In this document: positions 1 through 12,440 of the stretch, one piece after another
How the letters are laid out: each line of letters starts with the position of its first letter
How positions within the stretch are numbered: position 1 is the first letter of the stretch
Assembly (NCBI GenBank): GCA_963776245.1
Contig: CAVZLN010000003.1
Location: 704,001 to 768,000 of the forward strand
DNA from: Candidatus Eiseniibacteriota bacterium
GTDB taxonomy: Bacteria; Eisenbacteria; RBG-16-71-46
Length of the DNA stretch: 64,000 nucleotides
Direction of reading: 5' to 3'
The notes under the pieces: generated by a model
Seen by the model: only the letters and a program-made list of their open reading frames with translations
What the model was told of the DNA's origin: nothing
Database searches by the model: none
Made by a program: the position numbers and the translations under genes

Positions 1-2
1 TG

Positions 3-1031
3 CGCCAGCGCGTGTCGGAGCTCGACAAGTCGTACTCGTGGATCGACGAGGAGCGGCGCGTCGCCGAGGCCGCGGCGACCGGTCTGAAGGAGCGCGCGGT
101 GCGCGTGCTGCAATCGGCCGGACTGACGCACGATCCCGGGCGACCCTGGGCGGAGCACGTCACCGAGCTGGCGGACCGCCTCAAGGGCAAGGTGCGCCAC
201 TCGCTGCTCATCGGCGAGCTCATCCCGCAGGCCGAACGGAGCCTGCGCCGGTCGCACGAGACCGCGAGTCTGCGCGAGCAACTGACGCGCATCGAGGCCG
301 AGCGTCCAGCCGGGGCCGCCGCGCCGTCGGCCACCCCGCGCGGCGCGCTGGAGATCGACAACGAGGCGCGCCTGCTGCGCGAGAAGCTCGAATCGGTTCA
401 GAAATGGCGCGGCGACCTGCGGGTGGCGGTCGAGGAGGTGTGGCGGAAGTACCACGCCGAGCACCCGGAGAAGCTCGCGCAGCGCGAGCGGGTGGAGGCG
501 GCGCTCGAACGCGTCCGGCGCTTCAAGCAGGCGGTGGACCTGGCGCGCGAGACCATCCAGAAGGTCGCGGTGGATACCCATCGGCGCTGGGCCGAGCATC
601 TCAACCAGCGCGTCGGCGAACTGCTCTCGGGGATCGGCGCGGGTGTCGCGGAGGTGCGCTTCGGGGAGGACCTCGACTTCTCGGTCAAGCCCGCGCACGG
701 CGGCCCGATGGCGCGCGGCAAGGCGGTGCTGGCGCTCTCGAGCGGCGCGCGCGACCAGCTGCACCTCGCGGTGCGGCTGGCGGTGAGCGAGTACCTCTCG
801 CGCGGGCAGGAAGGCCTGCCGTTGTTGCTCGACGATCCGTTCGCCACCAGCGACGACGAGCGCGCGCGCGCCGGCATGCGCCTGCTGGTCGAGCACTTCG
901 CGAAGCACCACCAGATCGTGTTCGCCACCTGCCACCGCCAGCGCGTCGAGGGCTTCGCCGCCCGCGACCCGGAGCTGTGGCGCGACGGCGTGCACCGCAT
1001 CGAGCTGCAGAGCGCGATCGCCACTCGATAG
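3..1031 (+). CDS. C-terminal part of SMC/SbcC-like (YhaN-type) coiled-coil AAA ATPase; 5'-truncated by the window
   Basis: Frame open from window start; coiled coil, then ABC signature LSSGARDQLHLAVRL, Walker B LLLDDPF and H-loop FATCH. Confidence 0.8.
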   Translation, partial: RQRVSELDKSYSWIDEERRVAEAAATGLKERAVRVLQSAGLTHDPGRPWAEHVTELADRLKGKVRHSLLIGELIPQAERSLRRSHETASLREQLTRIEAERPAGAAAPSATPRGALEIDNEARLLREKLESVQKWRGDLRVAVEEVWRKYHAEHPEKLAQRERVEAALERVRRFKQAVDLARETIQKVAVDTHRRWAEHLNQRVGELLSGIGAGVAEVRFGEDLDFSVKPAHGGPMARGKAVLALSSGARDQLHLAVRLAVSEYLSRGQEGLPLLLDDPFATSDDERARAGMRLLVEHFAKHHQIVFATCHRQRVEGFAARDPELWRDGVHRIELQSAIATR

Positions 1032-1048
1032 GCGGCGCGGCCATGCGA

Positions 1049-1080
1049 AAGCCCCCGGAGGCGCCTGCCTCCGGGGGCTT
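1049..1080. terminator. Intrinsic terminator hairpin between convergent genes, probably bidirectional
   Basis: Perfect 14-bp stem AAGCCCCCGGAGGC-gcct-GCCTCCGGGGGCTT. Confidence 0.75.
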
Positions 1081-1120
1081 CGTGCGCGCCCCGACCGCGC
1101 GCGGTCGCCGATGCGCGGTG

Positions 1121-1600
1121 TCAGGCGCCGCGCGGCGGGCTGGACGATACGCGGTCGTCGTCGGGGGCGCTGCGCCGCACGATGTACGAGCTGACGAGCA
1201 GGGCGATGCCGACCAGCGTCGGGATCGAGCCGACGGCCCAGATGTTCTTGTCCTCGCCGTCGCCGATGTAGTAGAGCATGATGCCGACGCCGATCCCCGC
1301 CGCGAGCGTGACCAGGCCGCCGACCATCAGGCCCTGCGCGCGTCGCAGCGCGGCCTGGTGCGGCGACATGTACATGGCCGCGAGGTCGTCCCCGCCGCCC
1401 ATCGCCACCGGCAGCGGCGGCAGCTTGCTGGGATCGATGCCCTTCTCGATCGCAGCGATGCGTTCGCGCTGTGCCAGTTCGATGAGGCGCTGCTGGCCGA
1501 GCGTGCGGACGATCCCGGCGGTGATGCCGCCCACGATGGCGACGATCGGGATCGCGAAGATCATGATGGGGACGAACTCCCCGATATTGAAGCTGGACAT
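1121..1600 (-). CDS. Small membrane protein, DUF6249-like
   Basis: N-terminal TM, ERIAAIEKG motif, two C-terminal TMs; SD-like AGGAG upstream; divergent from ECF sigma. Confidence 0.7.
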   Translation of the reverse strand: MSSFNIGEFVPIMIFAIPIVAIVGGITAGIVRTLGQQRLIELAQRERIAAIEKGIDPSKLPPLPVAMGGGDDLAAMYMSPHQAALRRAQGLMVGGLVTLAAGIGVGIMLYYIGDGEDKNIWAVGSIPTLVGIALLVSSYIVRRSAPDDDRVSSSPPRGA

Positions 1601-1672
1601 GGCGTGCTCCTTTCCCGCGTCACGGACGTCCGCCGCCGGGCCATCCGGAGCGTCCGTCTCGGCCTACACCCC

Positions 1673-1703
1673 TTCGACCGGGGGGCCGGGGGGCCGGGTT
1701 TCA
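1673..1703 (-). promoter_or_regulatory. Putative ECF sigma promoter for the DUF6249-like gene
   Basis: TGAAACC-N18-GTCGAA on the minus strand; same motif and spacing as 1745-1775. Confidence 0.6.
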
Positions 1704-1744
1704 GGGAATCCGCTAGAGTCCCGGGAGGCCCGGAGACCCGTCGG

Positions 1745-1775
1745 TGAAACCTCATGAGCCCCGCGAGCCGTCCAA
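1745..1775 (+). promoter_or_regulatory. Putative autoregulatory ECF sigma promoter
   Basis: TGAAACC-N18-GTCCAA ending 7 nt before ATG 1783. Confidence 0.6.
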
Positions 1776-1782
1776 CCTGGCG

Positions 1783-2409
1783 ATGAGCGAGGTGGCGTTG
1801 CCGAGAGCCGCCGCCGGCCCGGCGGCGCGTCCGCGGTCCGCGACCCCCGCCGCCCCGGCCGGGGTGGCCGGGGCCGAGCGGGCGCTGGTGGACCGCGCCC
1901 GACAGGGAGACGAGGAGGCCTTCGAGATGCTGGTGGACCTTCACCGCGATCGCGCCTACGGGCTGGCGCTGCGCATCACGCGTTCGCGCGAGGACGCCGA
2001 GGACGTGGCGCAGGAGTCGTTCGTGCGCGCGTGGCTCGCGTTGCCGCGCTTCCGCGGCGAGTCCGCCTTCGGCACCTGGCTCCACCGCATCGTGGCCCGC
2101 CGCGCGCTCGACCGTGCGGCCACCCTGCAGGTCCGCCGCGCGCGCGAGACCGAGGTCGAAAGCGTGGGCGAGCTGCCCGCGGCGCCCGGCCGCACGCACG
2201 ACGTGGCGCTGGCCCGCCGGCTCGAGCGCCTGATGGCGCGGCTCACGCCGCCGCAGCGCGCGGCGGTCACGCTCTTCTACTTCGAGGACCGCCCGGTGGA
2301 GGAGATCGCGCTGGTGCTCGGCAGCCCCGAGAACACGGTGAAGACCCATCTGAGCCGCGCGCGCGCCGCACTGCGCGAGGCCTGGGTGCGCGAGGAGGGC
2401 GGGCGATGA
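1783..2409 (+). CDS. ECF RNA polymerase sigma-70 factor
   Basis: Region 2 DAEDVAQESFVRAW...FGTWLHRI; region 4 EEIALVLGSPENTVKTHLSRAR; start placed at ATG 1783 because of the promoter position (GTG 1744 alternative). Confidence 0.92.
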   Translation: MSEVALPRAAAGPAARPRSATPAAPAGVAGAERALVDRARQGDEEAFEMLVDLHRDRAYGLALRITRSREDAEDVAQESFVRAWLALPRFRGESAFGTWLHRIVARRALDRAATLQVRRARETEVESVGELPAAPGRTHDVALARRLERLMARLTPPQRAAVTLFYFEDRPVEEIALVLGSPENTVKTHLSRARAALREAWVREEGGR

Positions 2410-2987
2410 GGTGCGCGGCCTTCACGGAATGGCTCGATGGCGGCCGTCCCGAGACCGTGGCCGTCGCGATGCGCGCCCACGCCGGGGAGTGCCCGCGCTG
2501 TGCGGCCGCGCTGCGCGCCGCGCAGGAGCTCGACGAGGCGCTCGCGGTCCGGGTCCGCGTGACCGCGCCCGCGGGATTCACCGCCGGCGTGATGCGCCGG
2601 GTGCGCGAGGCGCGCGCCGCGGCCGCGCCGGCCCGGGTGCTGTCGCTGCCGCCGGCGCTGGCGTGGTGGGTGCGCGCCGCGGCCGACCCGTGGGTCGCCG
2701 TGTCGCTGCTGCTCTCGGCGACGGTGGCGTGGCGGCACGAGGCGTTGTGGGCGATCGCGGCCGATCTCGCGGCGCGCATCGCCGCGTTCGGCGAGATCAC
2801 CCTGCGGCTGCCGGGCGCCGGATCGCTCACGATCGGGACGCCCGCGCTGCTGCGGGTGTTCGCGGACCCGTTCGTGCTGCTCGGCCTGGCGCTCGCGCTG
2901 GCGCCCGCCGGATTGTGGGCATCATGGCGGCTGTTCCGCTGGTCCGAGCACGCGGTCGCGATGGCCGGACAGCGGCGCGCGCGCTGA
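2406..2987 (+). CDS. Zinc-binding (ZAS) transmembrane anti-sigma factor
   Basis: ATGA overlap with the sigma stop; HxxxCxxC motif HAGECPRC; two hydrophobic helices. Confidence 0.75.
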   Translation: MRCAAFTEWLDGGRPETVAVAMRAHAGECPRCAAALRAAQELDEALAVRVRVTAPAGFTAGVMRRVREARAAAAPARVLSLPPALAWWVRAAADPWVAVSLLLSATVAWRHEALWAIAADLAARIAAFGEITLRLPGAGSLTIGTPALLRVFADPFVLLGLALALAPAGLWASWRLFRWSEHAVAMAGQRRAR

Positions 2988-3065
2988 ATCGCGCCCGTCA
3001 TCGGCCGGGGCGCGTGACCGGCGCGTGACATCGTCCGCGCGCGGAGTCTGCTACCCTCGACCGCG

Positions 3066-5341
<2,276 letters not shown>

Positions 5342-5345
<4 letters not shown>

Positions 5346-7186
5346 CGTTCCCGGTCGCACCACTGGCCCGACTGACGCTCGCGTTCGCGCTGGCGCTCGG
5401 CGCGCCACCGGCACACGCGCAGTTCGGTTCGGCGACGCCGGCGGAACCGCCGCGGGAGATCCTCGCGGTCTCGGCCGCGCCGCTCGCGCTGACGGCCGGC
5501 GGCACGGGGACCGCCGAGGTGCGGCTCACCCTCGTGCCGGGATGGCACGCCAACGCGAACCCGCCATCGCCCGACTACATGATCCCGACCGAGGTGGTGT
5601 TCGAGTCCGCGGAGGGGCTGAGCGCCGGCCCGCCCGCGTACCCGCCTGCGGTGCCGCTCAAGGTGGGATTCGAGGCGAACCCGATCTCGGTCTACGGCGG
5701 CACCGTGGTGGTGCGCGTGCCGGTGACCGCGACCGGCGCCGCGGGTGGCGCCCACGTGCTGAAGGGGACGGTGCGCTTCCAGGCGTGCAACGATCAGGTG
5801 TGCCTGCCGCCGTCCGAGGTGCCGTTCGCGCTCGCCGTCACGGTGAGCAGTGGCCCGGCTGCCGCCGGCGCCTCTCCCGCGGCGGACGCCGGCGTCGGTG
5901 GCGCGCCGTCCGCCGACTCGCTCGCGAGGCCCGCGGCCGGGCCCGCGACCCCCGCCGCGCCCGCGCCGGAGCAGAACCGCGCGCTGGCCGCGGCGCTCGC
6001 CCGCGGCGGACTGTGGTGGTTCCTGGCGCTGTTCCTCGGCGGGCTCGCGCTCAACCTCACGCCGTGCGTGTTCCCGATGCTGGGCATCACCGTCTCGGTG
6101 TTCGGCGCGCGCAAGAAGGAACCGCCACTCAAGGTCGTGGCCCACGCCGTCGCGTACGTGCTCGGCATCTCGGTGACGTACTCCGCGCTCGGGGTGGTGG
6201 CCGCGCTCACCGGCGGACTGTTCGGCGCGGCGCTCCAGAGCCCGCTCGTGAACGTCGGCCTCGGCGTGCTGTTCGTGGTGCTGGCGCTGTCGATGTTCGG
6301 GCTCTACGAGATGCAGCCGCCGGCGGGACTGCTCCAGCGCCTCGGCGGCGCGGATGCCACCTCGCTGGTCGGCATCTTCATCTCCGGGCTCGCGGTCGGG
6401 ATCATCGCCGCGCCCTGCGTCGGTCCGTTCGTGGTCGCGGTGCTCGCGCTGATCGCCCTGCGCGGGGACGCGTGGTTCGGTCTCCAGACCATGTTCGCGC
6501 TCTCACTCGGCCTGGGCCTCCCGTACCTCGTGCTCGCGGTGTTCTCCAACCTGCTCCAGAGCCTGCCCCGCTCCGGGGACTGGATGCTGTGGGTGAAGAA
6601 GGTCTTCGGCGTGCTGCTGGTGGGGATCGGGCTCTACTACGTGCTGGTCGGCCTGGCGCCCGCGTTCGCGCCGTGGATCGCGCCGCTGACCTTGATCCTG
6701 GGCGGATCGTACCTCGGCTTCGTGGATCCGCACGGCTCGCGGAAGCGGGGGTTCCGCGTCCTCAAGCGGGCGCTCGGGGTGCTCGCGCTCGTGGGCGGCG
6801 TCGCGTCGGTGGCGATCCTGCGCGCCGAGGGCATCCGCTTCGAGCCGTACAGCGAGGCCGCGATGCAGGCCGCGATCGCCCAGGGCCGGCCCGTCCTGCT
6901 CGAGTTCTCGGCCAGCTGGTGCGCGCCGTGCCATGAACTCGACCGCTACACCTTCACCGACCGGCGCGTGGTCGCACTCTCGCGCCGGTACGCGGCGTTC
7001 AAGGTCGACCTGACACGCTACGACGCGCCCGAGTCCCAGGCGGTGCGCAAGCGCTACGGGGTGACGGGAGTGCCCGAGGTGCTGTTCTTCACGCGCGGCG
7101 GGGACGAGCTCCGCGCGGCGCGGGTGATCGGGTTCATGCCGGCGGAGCCGTTCCTCGAGCGCATGCGGGCCGCCCTCGGCGGGTGA
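5342..7186 (+). CDS. dsbD: Thiol:disulfide interchange protein DsbD (three-domain)
   Basis: Signal peptide; N-domain CNDQVC; TM domain LTPCVFP and APCVGP; thioredoxin WCAPC; ATGA overlap with the upstream gene. Confidence 0.85.
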
Positions 7187-7214
7187 GCGCGCGGCGCCCG
7201 CGGCGCGCATGCAC

Positions 7215-7247
7215 GAGGGCCGCGCCCCATCGGGGACGCGGCCCTTC
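7215..7247. terminator. Hairpin between convergent genes
   Basis: GAGGGCCGCG-CCCC atc GGGG-a-CGCGGCCCTTC inverted repeat. Confidence 0.5.
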
Positions 7248-7279
7248 CTGCCACCGGGCGCGCCGGGCGCCGGGCGCGG

Positions 7280-7762
7280 CTACATCTTGAAGTTCCAGCC
7301 CACCATGATCTTCAGCGACGGGAGATCGCCGAGGCCGAAGCGCAGCTCGCCGAAGAAGCGGTCGCCGCTCCGGGTCGGGGCCTCGGCGCCGACGACGAGG
7401 TTGCCGCCGACGCTGGTGTCGGAGGAGCCTCCCGGCCCGCCGGCGTCCCAGGAGTAGAAGGCGATGCCGAGGCCGCCGCCCGCGTACGGCTTCCACACCG
7501 AGTTGGCGATGTCGAAGTGGTACTGCAGGTCGAAGTTCGGCTGGATGGTGGTGATGTGGTCGCCGAGGCCGATCTCGAGATTCGGGTCGAAGGTCAGGCT
7601 GGGGGCGATCTCGCCGACGTGCAGCTGGCCGCCGAACGTCAACTGGTCGGGATCGACGCTGAGCCCGATGCGCGGGCCGTAGCCGGTGACCGAAGCGTTG
7701 GCCGCGAGTGCGGCGGTGGGGAGGAGCGCGGCCAGCGCGCCCGCGATGAGGATTCCCTTCAA
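7280..7762 (-). CDS. Small outer-membrane beta-barrel protein (OmpW/OmpA-like)
   Basis: TTG start with AAGGAGG SD; signal peptide; PYAGGGLG strand; aromatic C-terminal strand. Confidence 0.8.
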   Translation of the reverse strand: MKGILIAGALAALLPTAALAANASVTGYGPRIGLSVDPDQLTFGGQLHVGEIAPSLTFDPNLEIGLGDHITTIQPNFDLQYHFDIANSVWKPYAGGGLGIAFYSWDAGGPGGSSDTSVGGNLVVGAEAPTRSGDRFFGELRFGLGDLPSLKIMVGWNFKM

Positions 7763-7965
7763 GACGACCTCCTTCTTGGTGGATACGCCGTGGGGAGCGA
7801 GCCGGGGAGGCCCGCAGCATACGCGGACGCGGTGCGCCGCCGCAATGGCGGGACGCGCCCGGGCACCGGGGCCCGGGCGGGGGACGGCCTCCTCGGGTCC
7901 CGCGCCGCGTGCGCTATGCTGCCGCCCATCCTCATTCGCACATCCGCTTCCCCGGGAGGGTCGTC

Positions 7966-9852
7966 ATGAAGCTCCGCATCCCCCGTCCGCTCGCGTGGTG
8001 CGCCGGACTCGTGCTCGGACTCGCCGCGGGCTCGCCCGCACACGCCACCATCACGCCCGAGGCACAAGCGGTCGTGGAACGCTACATCGAGGCCACCGGC
8101 GGGCGCGCCGCGCTCGACCGGGTGGGCTCCCTGTACATGCGCATGACCATCGAGGCGTTCGGCTTCAAGGGCACCGCCGAGGCGTGGACGGTGGCGCCGG
8201 ATCGCGAGGCCTCCGACGTCACGCTCGGCCCGTTCCACGTGCGGGACGGCTACGATGGTGCGCGCGGCTGGCGGCTGGACCCCAGCGGCAAGCTGCTCAA
8301 GCTGGATGGCAAGGACCTCGAGGACGCCGTCGCGGGAGCGTGGTTCGCGAACGAGCGCTGGCTCGCGCCCGACCAGGGTGGCGGGAACGTGACGCTGGTG
8401 GGCCAGGAGAAGGATTCGACCGGGACCTTCACGGTGCTCGAGGTGGCGCCGCCCGCGGGACGCTCGCGCCGCATGTACATCGACCCGGGGACCGGGCTGG
8501 TCGCCCGGGTGGTGGCCATACGGGACGTGCACACCATGGTCACGACCAACTCCGAGTGGCGCGTCATCGGCGGGCGCAAGGTGGCCACGCGCGCGGTGCA
8601 GGCCGTGGTCGGCATGCCGGCCAACACCGTGACGCAGACGCTCGACACCCTGCAGGTGAACGTCGAGGTGCCGTCCTCGCGCTTCGCTCCCCCCGACGAG
8701 CAGCCGGCCGCCATGCGCTGGCTCCGGAAGGAGGGCGAGGCGCAGCTGCCATTCGAGTATCGCGGCCGGCACGTCTGGGTCCGCGGCTCGATCGATGGCG
8801 GGCCGCCGGCCGACTTCATCTTCGACACCGGCGCGAGCATGACGGTGCTCGACAGCGCGTATGCCGCGCGCATCGGCCTGAAGCCCGAGGGCGCGATGGA
8901 GGGGCAGGGCGCCTCCGCGTCGGGCAACGTGTCGTTCGCGCGCCTGAAGACCCTGCGGCTCGAGTCGCCGGCGGGCGACGGCATCGAGCTGCAGGACGTG
9001 AAGGTGGGCGTGCTCTCGATCAACGCGGTCCTCGCGCCGTTCTTCTGGCGCGACTGCGCGGGCATCATCGGCTTCAACGTCCTCGGGCGCTTCGTGGACC
9101 GCATCGACTACGACGCCCGGACGCTCACGTTCTACGAGCCGCGGACGTTCGCATACGCCGGGCGCGGGGCGCGCGTCCCGTTCCGGCTGGCGGGATCCAT
9201 CCCGGCGGTGTCCATGACCGTCGACGGCCGCTACACCGGCGAGTTCCGCATCGACGTCGGCAGCAGCAGCACGGTGGACCTGCACACGCCGTTCGTGAAG
9301 CAGCACGGGCTGCTCGCGAAGGCGAAACGCCGCGCCGAGGTGATGGGGGGCGGCTTCGGCGGGACCTTCACCAGCACGCTCACGCGCATGGGCTCGCTGA
9401 CCCTCGGCCCGTACACCTGGAAGGGCGCGCTGGTGTCCCTCCAGTCCGGCGGGACCGGGATGCTCGCGAGCGCCGACTACGCGGGCAACGTGGGGAACCA
9501 GATTCTCGACCGCTTCACGCTCACCATCGACTACGAACGGCGCGTGCTGTGGCTCGAGCCGGGCAAGGGCGTGGGCCGGCGCGACGCGTTCTCGCGCCTC
9601 GGCGCGCAGCTGGTGCTGATCGACGGCGCGGTGCGCGTCGGGCAGTTGCTGCCGGGCTCCCCGGCGGAGAAGGCGGGGCTGCGGGACCGGGACGAGGTGG
9701 TCACGATCGACGGCAGGCCGGCGCTCGACTACGGGCCCGACGCGATCAACCGCATGTTCGAGGAGCGGCGCGCGGGGACCCGGACCGTGTTCGAGGTGCG
9801 GCGCGACGGCGCGCTCGTGAAGCGGGTCGCCACCCTGGCCGACATCCTCTAG
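7966..9852 (+). CDS. Secreted aspartyl protease: LolA-like N-domain, two retropepsin-like domains, C-terminal PDZ
   Basis: Signal peptide; FIFDTGAS and FRIDVGSS motifs; GIIG and GNVG motifs; PGSPAEKAGLRDRDEVVTIDG (PDZ). Confidence 0.8.
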   Translation: MKLRIPRPLAWCAGLVLGLAAGSPAHATITPEAQAVVERYIEATGGRAALDRVGSLYMRMTIEAFGFKGTAEAWTVAPDREASDVTLGPFHVRDGYDGARGWRLDPSGKLLKLDGKDLEDAVAGAWFANERWLAPDQGGGNVTLVGQEKDSTGTFTVLEVAPPAGRSRRMYIDPGTGLVARVVAIRDVHTMVTTNSEWRVIGGRKVATRAVQAVVGMPANTVTQTLDTLQVNVEVPSSRFAPPDEQPAAMRWLRKEGEAQLPFEYRGRHVWVRGSIDGGPPADFIFDTGASMTVLDSAYAARIGLKPEGAMEGQGASASGNVSFARLKTLRLESPAGDGIELQDVKVGVLSINAVLAPFFWRDCAGIIGFNVLGRFVDRIDYDARTLTFYEPRTFAYAGRGARVPFRLAGSIPAVSMTVDGRYTGEFRIDVGSSSTVDLHTPFVKQHGLLAKAKRRAEVMGGGFGGTFTSTLTRMGSLTLGPYTWKGALVSLQSGGTGMLASADYAGNVGNQILDRFTLTIDYERRVLWLEPGKGVGRRDAFSRLGAQLVLIDGAVRVGQLLPGSPAEKAGLRDRDEVVTIDGRPALDYGPDAINRMFEERRAGTRTVFEVRRDGALVKRVATLADIL

Positions 9853-9886
9853 GCGGCGTCCGGGCCGCGCGCGGCTCGGACGCCGG

Positions 9887-12160
9887 CTACTGCATCCGCA
9901 CGAACCGTCGCGTGACGGCGGCGCCGGGCGTGACGAAGCGCGCGAAGTAGACGCCCGCGGGCGCGAGACTGCCCGCCCCGTCGCGTCCATCCCAGCGCAG
10001 CGAGTGCGCCCCGGCCGGGAACGCCCCGTTCGCCACGGTCGCCAGGCGGCGCCCGCTCACGTCCAGCACGTCGACCGTCACCGCGCCGGCGCGGGGCAGC
10101 GAGAACGCGAAACGCACCTCGCCGCGCGACGGATTCGGCGCCGGGCGCGCGAACCACAGGCCCGGCGCCCCGCCGTCCGCGCTCGCCGGGGCGGCGATGC
10201 GGAACAGGGACGGGCTCACGGCCGCGGACTGGTTGAGCGCGTGGTCGAACGCGGTCACGCGGATCAGGGCGCTGTCGGTCGCGACCGAGGGCACCGTCCA
10301 GCCGAGCGAATCCGCGCCGGTGAGCGCGTGCACGAGCGGCTCCCAGGGGCCCGCGCCGCCGTGATAGGAGACGTCCACGTCGACCGAGTCCACGCCGGCG
10401 TTGTCGGTCGCGGTCCAGCGCAGCGTGCGCTGGTCCCCGAAGATCCACTGTTCGCCGCCGAGCGGCGCCAGCAGCGTGACCACCGGGGCCGCCACGTCCG
10501 TGAACGCCGCGGTCACGCTCTTCGCCGCGTCGATCACGACCAGCGCCGTGTCGGACACGCCGCTCGCGTCCCCGCTCCAGCCCGCGAACGCCCAGCCCGC
10601 GGCCGGAGCGGCGATCAGGCGCACGGAGGTGCCGTAGAGATAGACCGCCAGGTCGGGTGTGCGGGTGACCGCGCCCGATCCGGCGAGGCTCACCGTCAGC
10701 GAGAACGGGTCGCCCTCGAACGTGGCGGCGAGCGTGCGGGGACCGAGCACGTTCGTGAACGAGAAGGTCGTGTCGGGCGGGACCGCCCCGCCGTCCACCG
10801 TGAGCGTCGCCACGTGGTGACCGAGGTCGGGCCGGATCGAGAACGTCCGGCTGCCGCCCTGCGCCACCCCCACCGAGCCGCTCGGGCTGACGGTCCCGCC
10901 CGGGCCGGCGGTGGCGAGGATGATCCAGCGGTCGATGGTGAAGTCGGTAGCGCTCGAGTCGGCGCCCAGGTTCCCCGCCGCGTCGCGCGCGCGCACGCGC
11001 ACCCGGGCGGTGCTGGTGGGCGAGTCGGGAACGGTCCAGGCGTACGCGCCCGTGTTGGCGATGCCGGAGGCGAGGCTGGTCCACGAGGCGCCGCCGTCGC
11101 CCGACCAGGCGACGTCCGCGCTGGTCACGCCGACGGCGTCGGTGGCGGTCCAGGTGATGGACTGGGACGAGCCCGCCTTCCACGTCTCGCCGCCGTTCGG
11201 CGAGGTCACGCTCACCGACGGGGCCGAGGTGTCGCCTGCGGGCGGGTCGCGGCGGGTGGCCCACATCGTGGCATTGAGGAACAGCAGGCTGTCGCGGCCC
11301 GCGGCCTCGCCCCAGCCGTCGAAGATGCTGCTGTTGCCGGGCTGAGCCGAGCCATCGTCCACCGGACTGCTGTCCCCGATCATGAAGATGCGCCCGTTGC
11401 CGTACACGCTGCTCGCCGCCATCACGCCGGTGGTGCTGCTCTGCGCCAGCCCCTTCATCCAGACCTCGCCGCGCACCTGCGGGTTGATACCGGGGTAGAG
11501 GAAGAGGGTGGTGCCGTTGTGGAACGAGAGCGAGTCCGCGACGCCGTTGGGCCCGAAGATGATGGAATCGGATGGCGCGGTGGCGTGGTTGCCCGAGTCC
11601 TGCACGATGTTGTTGTTGGCGTCCCCGGCCGTGCCCCAGTGCACGCCCCACAGCTTCAAGGCGTCGAGGTCGTTCCAGACCATCGGCGAGTCCCAGCCGT
11701 CGCCGTTGCGGTCCGAGATGTGGTGGTCGGCGATGGCGATCAGCCCGCCGCCGTCGCGCACGAAGTTGAAGATGGCGGTGGACTCCGCCGCGCTGAACGG
11801 CCCCTGGGGCTCGGGCACGATGAACACGTCGTACTTCGACAGGTCGTACGGGTTCGCGGGATTGTTGTAGGTGATCCCGTACGTCGCGGTGAGCGTGGCC
11901 ACGAAGTAGCCGCGCTTGACCAGGTCGATGCCGTACGACGAGATGGCGCCGAGCCACGTGGTGCGCGGGCTCGCGGCGGTGATCGTGCCCTGGTCGGGGA
12001 CCGGCAGCGGCTGGTCGGTGTCGATGATCCAGTCGGCGTTGCCAGAGGTCTCGGCCTTGGTGTTGTCGAACAGCGCGCGCTTGGGCGCGGCGGAAGCCGG
12101 GAGCGCGAGCAGCGCGAGCGAGGACAGCGCGAGGGCGACGAGGGTACAGCAGCGCTTCAT
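9887..12160 (-). CDS. Secreted multidomain protein: GATase-like/DUF4350-type N-domain, Ig-like and InlB-B-type repeats, FlgD/T9SS-like C-terminal domain
   Basis: Signal peptide; FDNTKAETSGNADW, YDVFIVPEP, FVRDGGGL; SPNGGETW Ig-like repeats; PNPSRG...WDGRD...AGVYFAR tail. Confidence 0.75.
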   Translation of the reverse strand: MKRCCTLVALALSSLALLALPASAAPKRALFDNTKAETSGNADWIIDTDQPLPVPDQGTITAASPRTTWLGAISSYGIDLVKRGYFVATLTATYGITYNNPANPYDLSKYDVFIVPEPQGPFSAAESTAIFNFVRDGGGLIAIADHHISDRNGDGWDSPMVWNDLDALKLWGVHWGTAGDANNNIVQDSGNHATAPSDSIIFGPNGVADSLSFHNGTTLFLYPGINPQVRGEVWMKGLAQSSTTGVMAASSVYGNGRIFMIGDSSPVDDGSAQPGNSSIFDGWGEAAGRDSLLFLNATMWATRRDPPAGDTSAPSVSVTSPNGGETWKAGSSQSITWTATDAVGVTSADVAWSGDGGASWTSLASGIANTGAYAWTVPDSPTSTARVRVRARDAAGNLGADSSATDFTIDRWIILATAGPGGTVSPSGSVGVAQGGSRTFSIRPDLGHHVATLTVDGGAVPPDTTFSFTNVLGPRTLAATFEGDPFSLTVSLAGSGAVTRTPDLAVYLYGTSVRLIAAPAAGWAFAGWSGDASGVSDTALVVIDAAKSVTAAFTDVAAPVVTLLAPLGGEQWIFGDQRTLRWTATDNAGVDSVDVDVSYHGGAGPWEPLVHALTGADSLGWTVPSVATDSALIRVTAFDHALNQSAAVSPSLFRIAAPASADGGAPGLWFARPAPNPSRGEVRFAFSLPRAGAVTVDVLDVSGRRLATVANGAFPAGAHSLRWDGRDGAGSLAPAGVYFARFVTPGAAVTRRFVRMQ

Positions 12161-12440
12161 TCGGTTCTCCGTACGCGCACGGGATGCGACGACGCGAGTG
12201 GACAGGCAGTGACGTATACGGGGAGGGGGCGGGGGAGCGACCCGACCATCCGCCGGGCGGCGCTAAGGAGGCTCAAGTGTAGGGGACGACCGGCCGCGGC
12301 GCCAAGCCGGACCCGCGTGTGCCACGAGGCCGGCGAGCGCGTCGGGGCGCGGTGGCGGGATTCGATGGGGTAGACTGCACGCCCCGGCGGGGAGCGCCGG
12401 GCGGCCGGGTGCCGCCCGGGGACGGCGACGGAGGTGCACG

